From positions 22,541 to 86,540 of the IMG/VR virus record IMGVR_UViG_3300032246_002986: 64,000 nt of DNA. The stretch is one strand, 5' to 3'. The translations under genes were made by a program, and so were the position numbers. Position 1 is the stretch's first letter, and each line of letters starts with the position of its first letter. This DNA is from a virus. Below the pieces are notes generated by a model. It searched no databases, was not told the origin of the DNA, and was given only the letters and a program-made list of their open reading frames with translations. Shown piece after piece: positions 63,970 through 64,000 of this stretch.

Positions 63970-64000
63970 ATGACACAAGAACTAATTGAAGGTCGTTGGA
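63970..64000 (+). CDS. Probable major capsid protein (gp23-like), start only
   Basis: GGAG SD, MTQELIEGRW; gp20-21-22-23 synteny. Confidence 0.6.
   Translation, partial: MTQELIEGRW

Noticed and set aside
1-64000. Stop-codon reassignment, as seen in some large phages
   Set aside because: Conserved genes are full length in code 11, and TAG (e.g. 3925) and TGA (e.g. 1313, 48863) end genes at overlap junctions.

Overview
The whole window is a gene-dense segment of a large T4-like (myovirus) phage genome in the standard genetic code. I saw no tRNA, CRISPR array, integrase or transposase. Left to right: (1) 1-8463 (-), a fully overlapping operon of at least 5 radical SAM-family genes (four complete, with N-terminal SPASM/twitch-like domains, one truncated) and 3 glycosyltransferase-like genes, behind a perfect TTGACA-17-TATAAT promoter placed to give a leaderless mRNA. 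(2) 8499-44595 (-), late tail/baseplate genes: four fibre paralogues with a shared N-terminal anchor, a 4832-aa virion protein, gp6-, gp25- and gp53-like wedge proteins, and a gp5/VgrG-like spike with a T6SS-effector-like amidase domain. (3) 44650-48863 (+), gp55-like late sigma factor, gp47/gp46 and a Holliday junction resolvase. (4) 48860-53669 (+), an accessory cassette: PP-loop enzyme, TctC/TctA-like transporter and 2OG-Fe(II)-type oxygenase. (5) 53670-54081, a highly structured non-coding region. (6) 54082-56780 (-), a gp26-like hub/chaperone gene that appears to be extended by a programmed -1 frameshift (lambda G/GT style), followed by another radical SAM gene. (7) 56844-64000 (+), tape-measure-like protein, portal, prohead core, protease, scaffold and the start of the major capsid gene. 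Best leads: the rSAM/glycosyltransferase operon, the -1 frameshift cassette, the structured RNA candidate, the amidase-bearing spike and the recurrent leaderless sigma70 promoters. All protein family calls come from motif recognition, not database searches.
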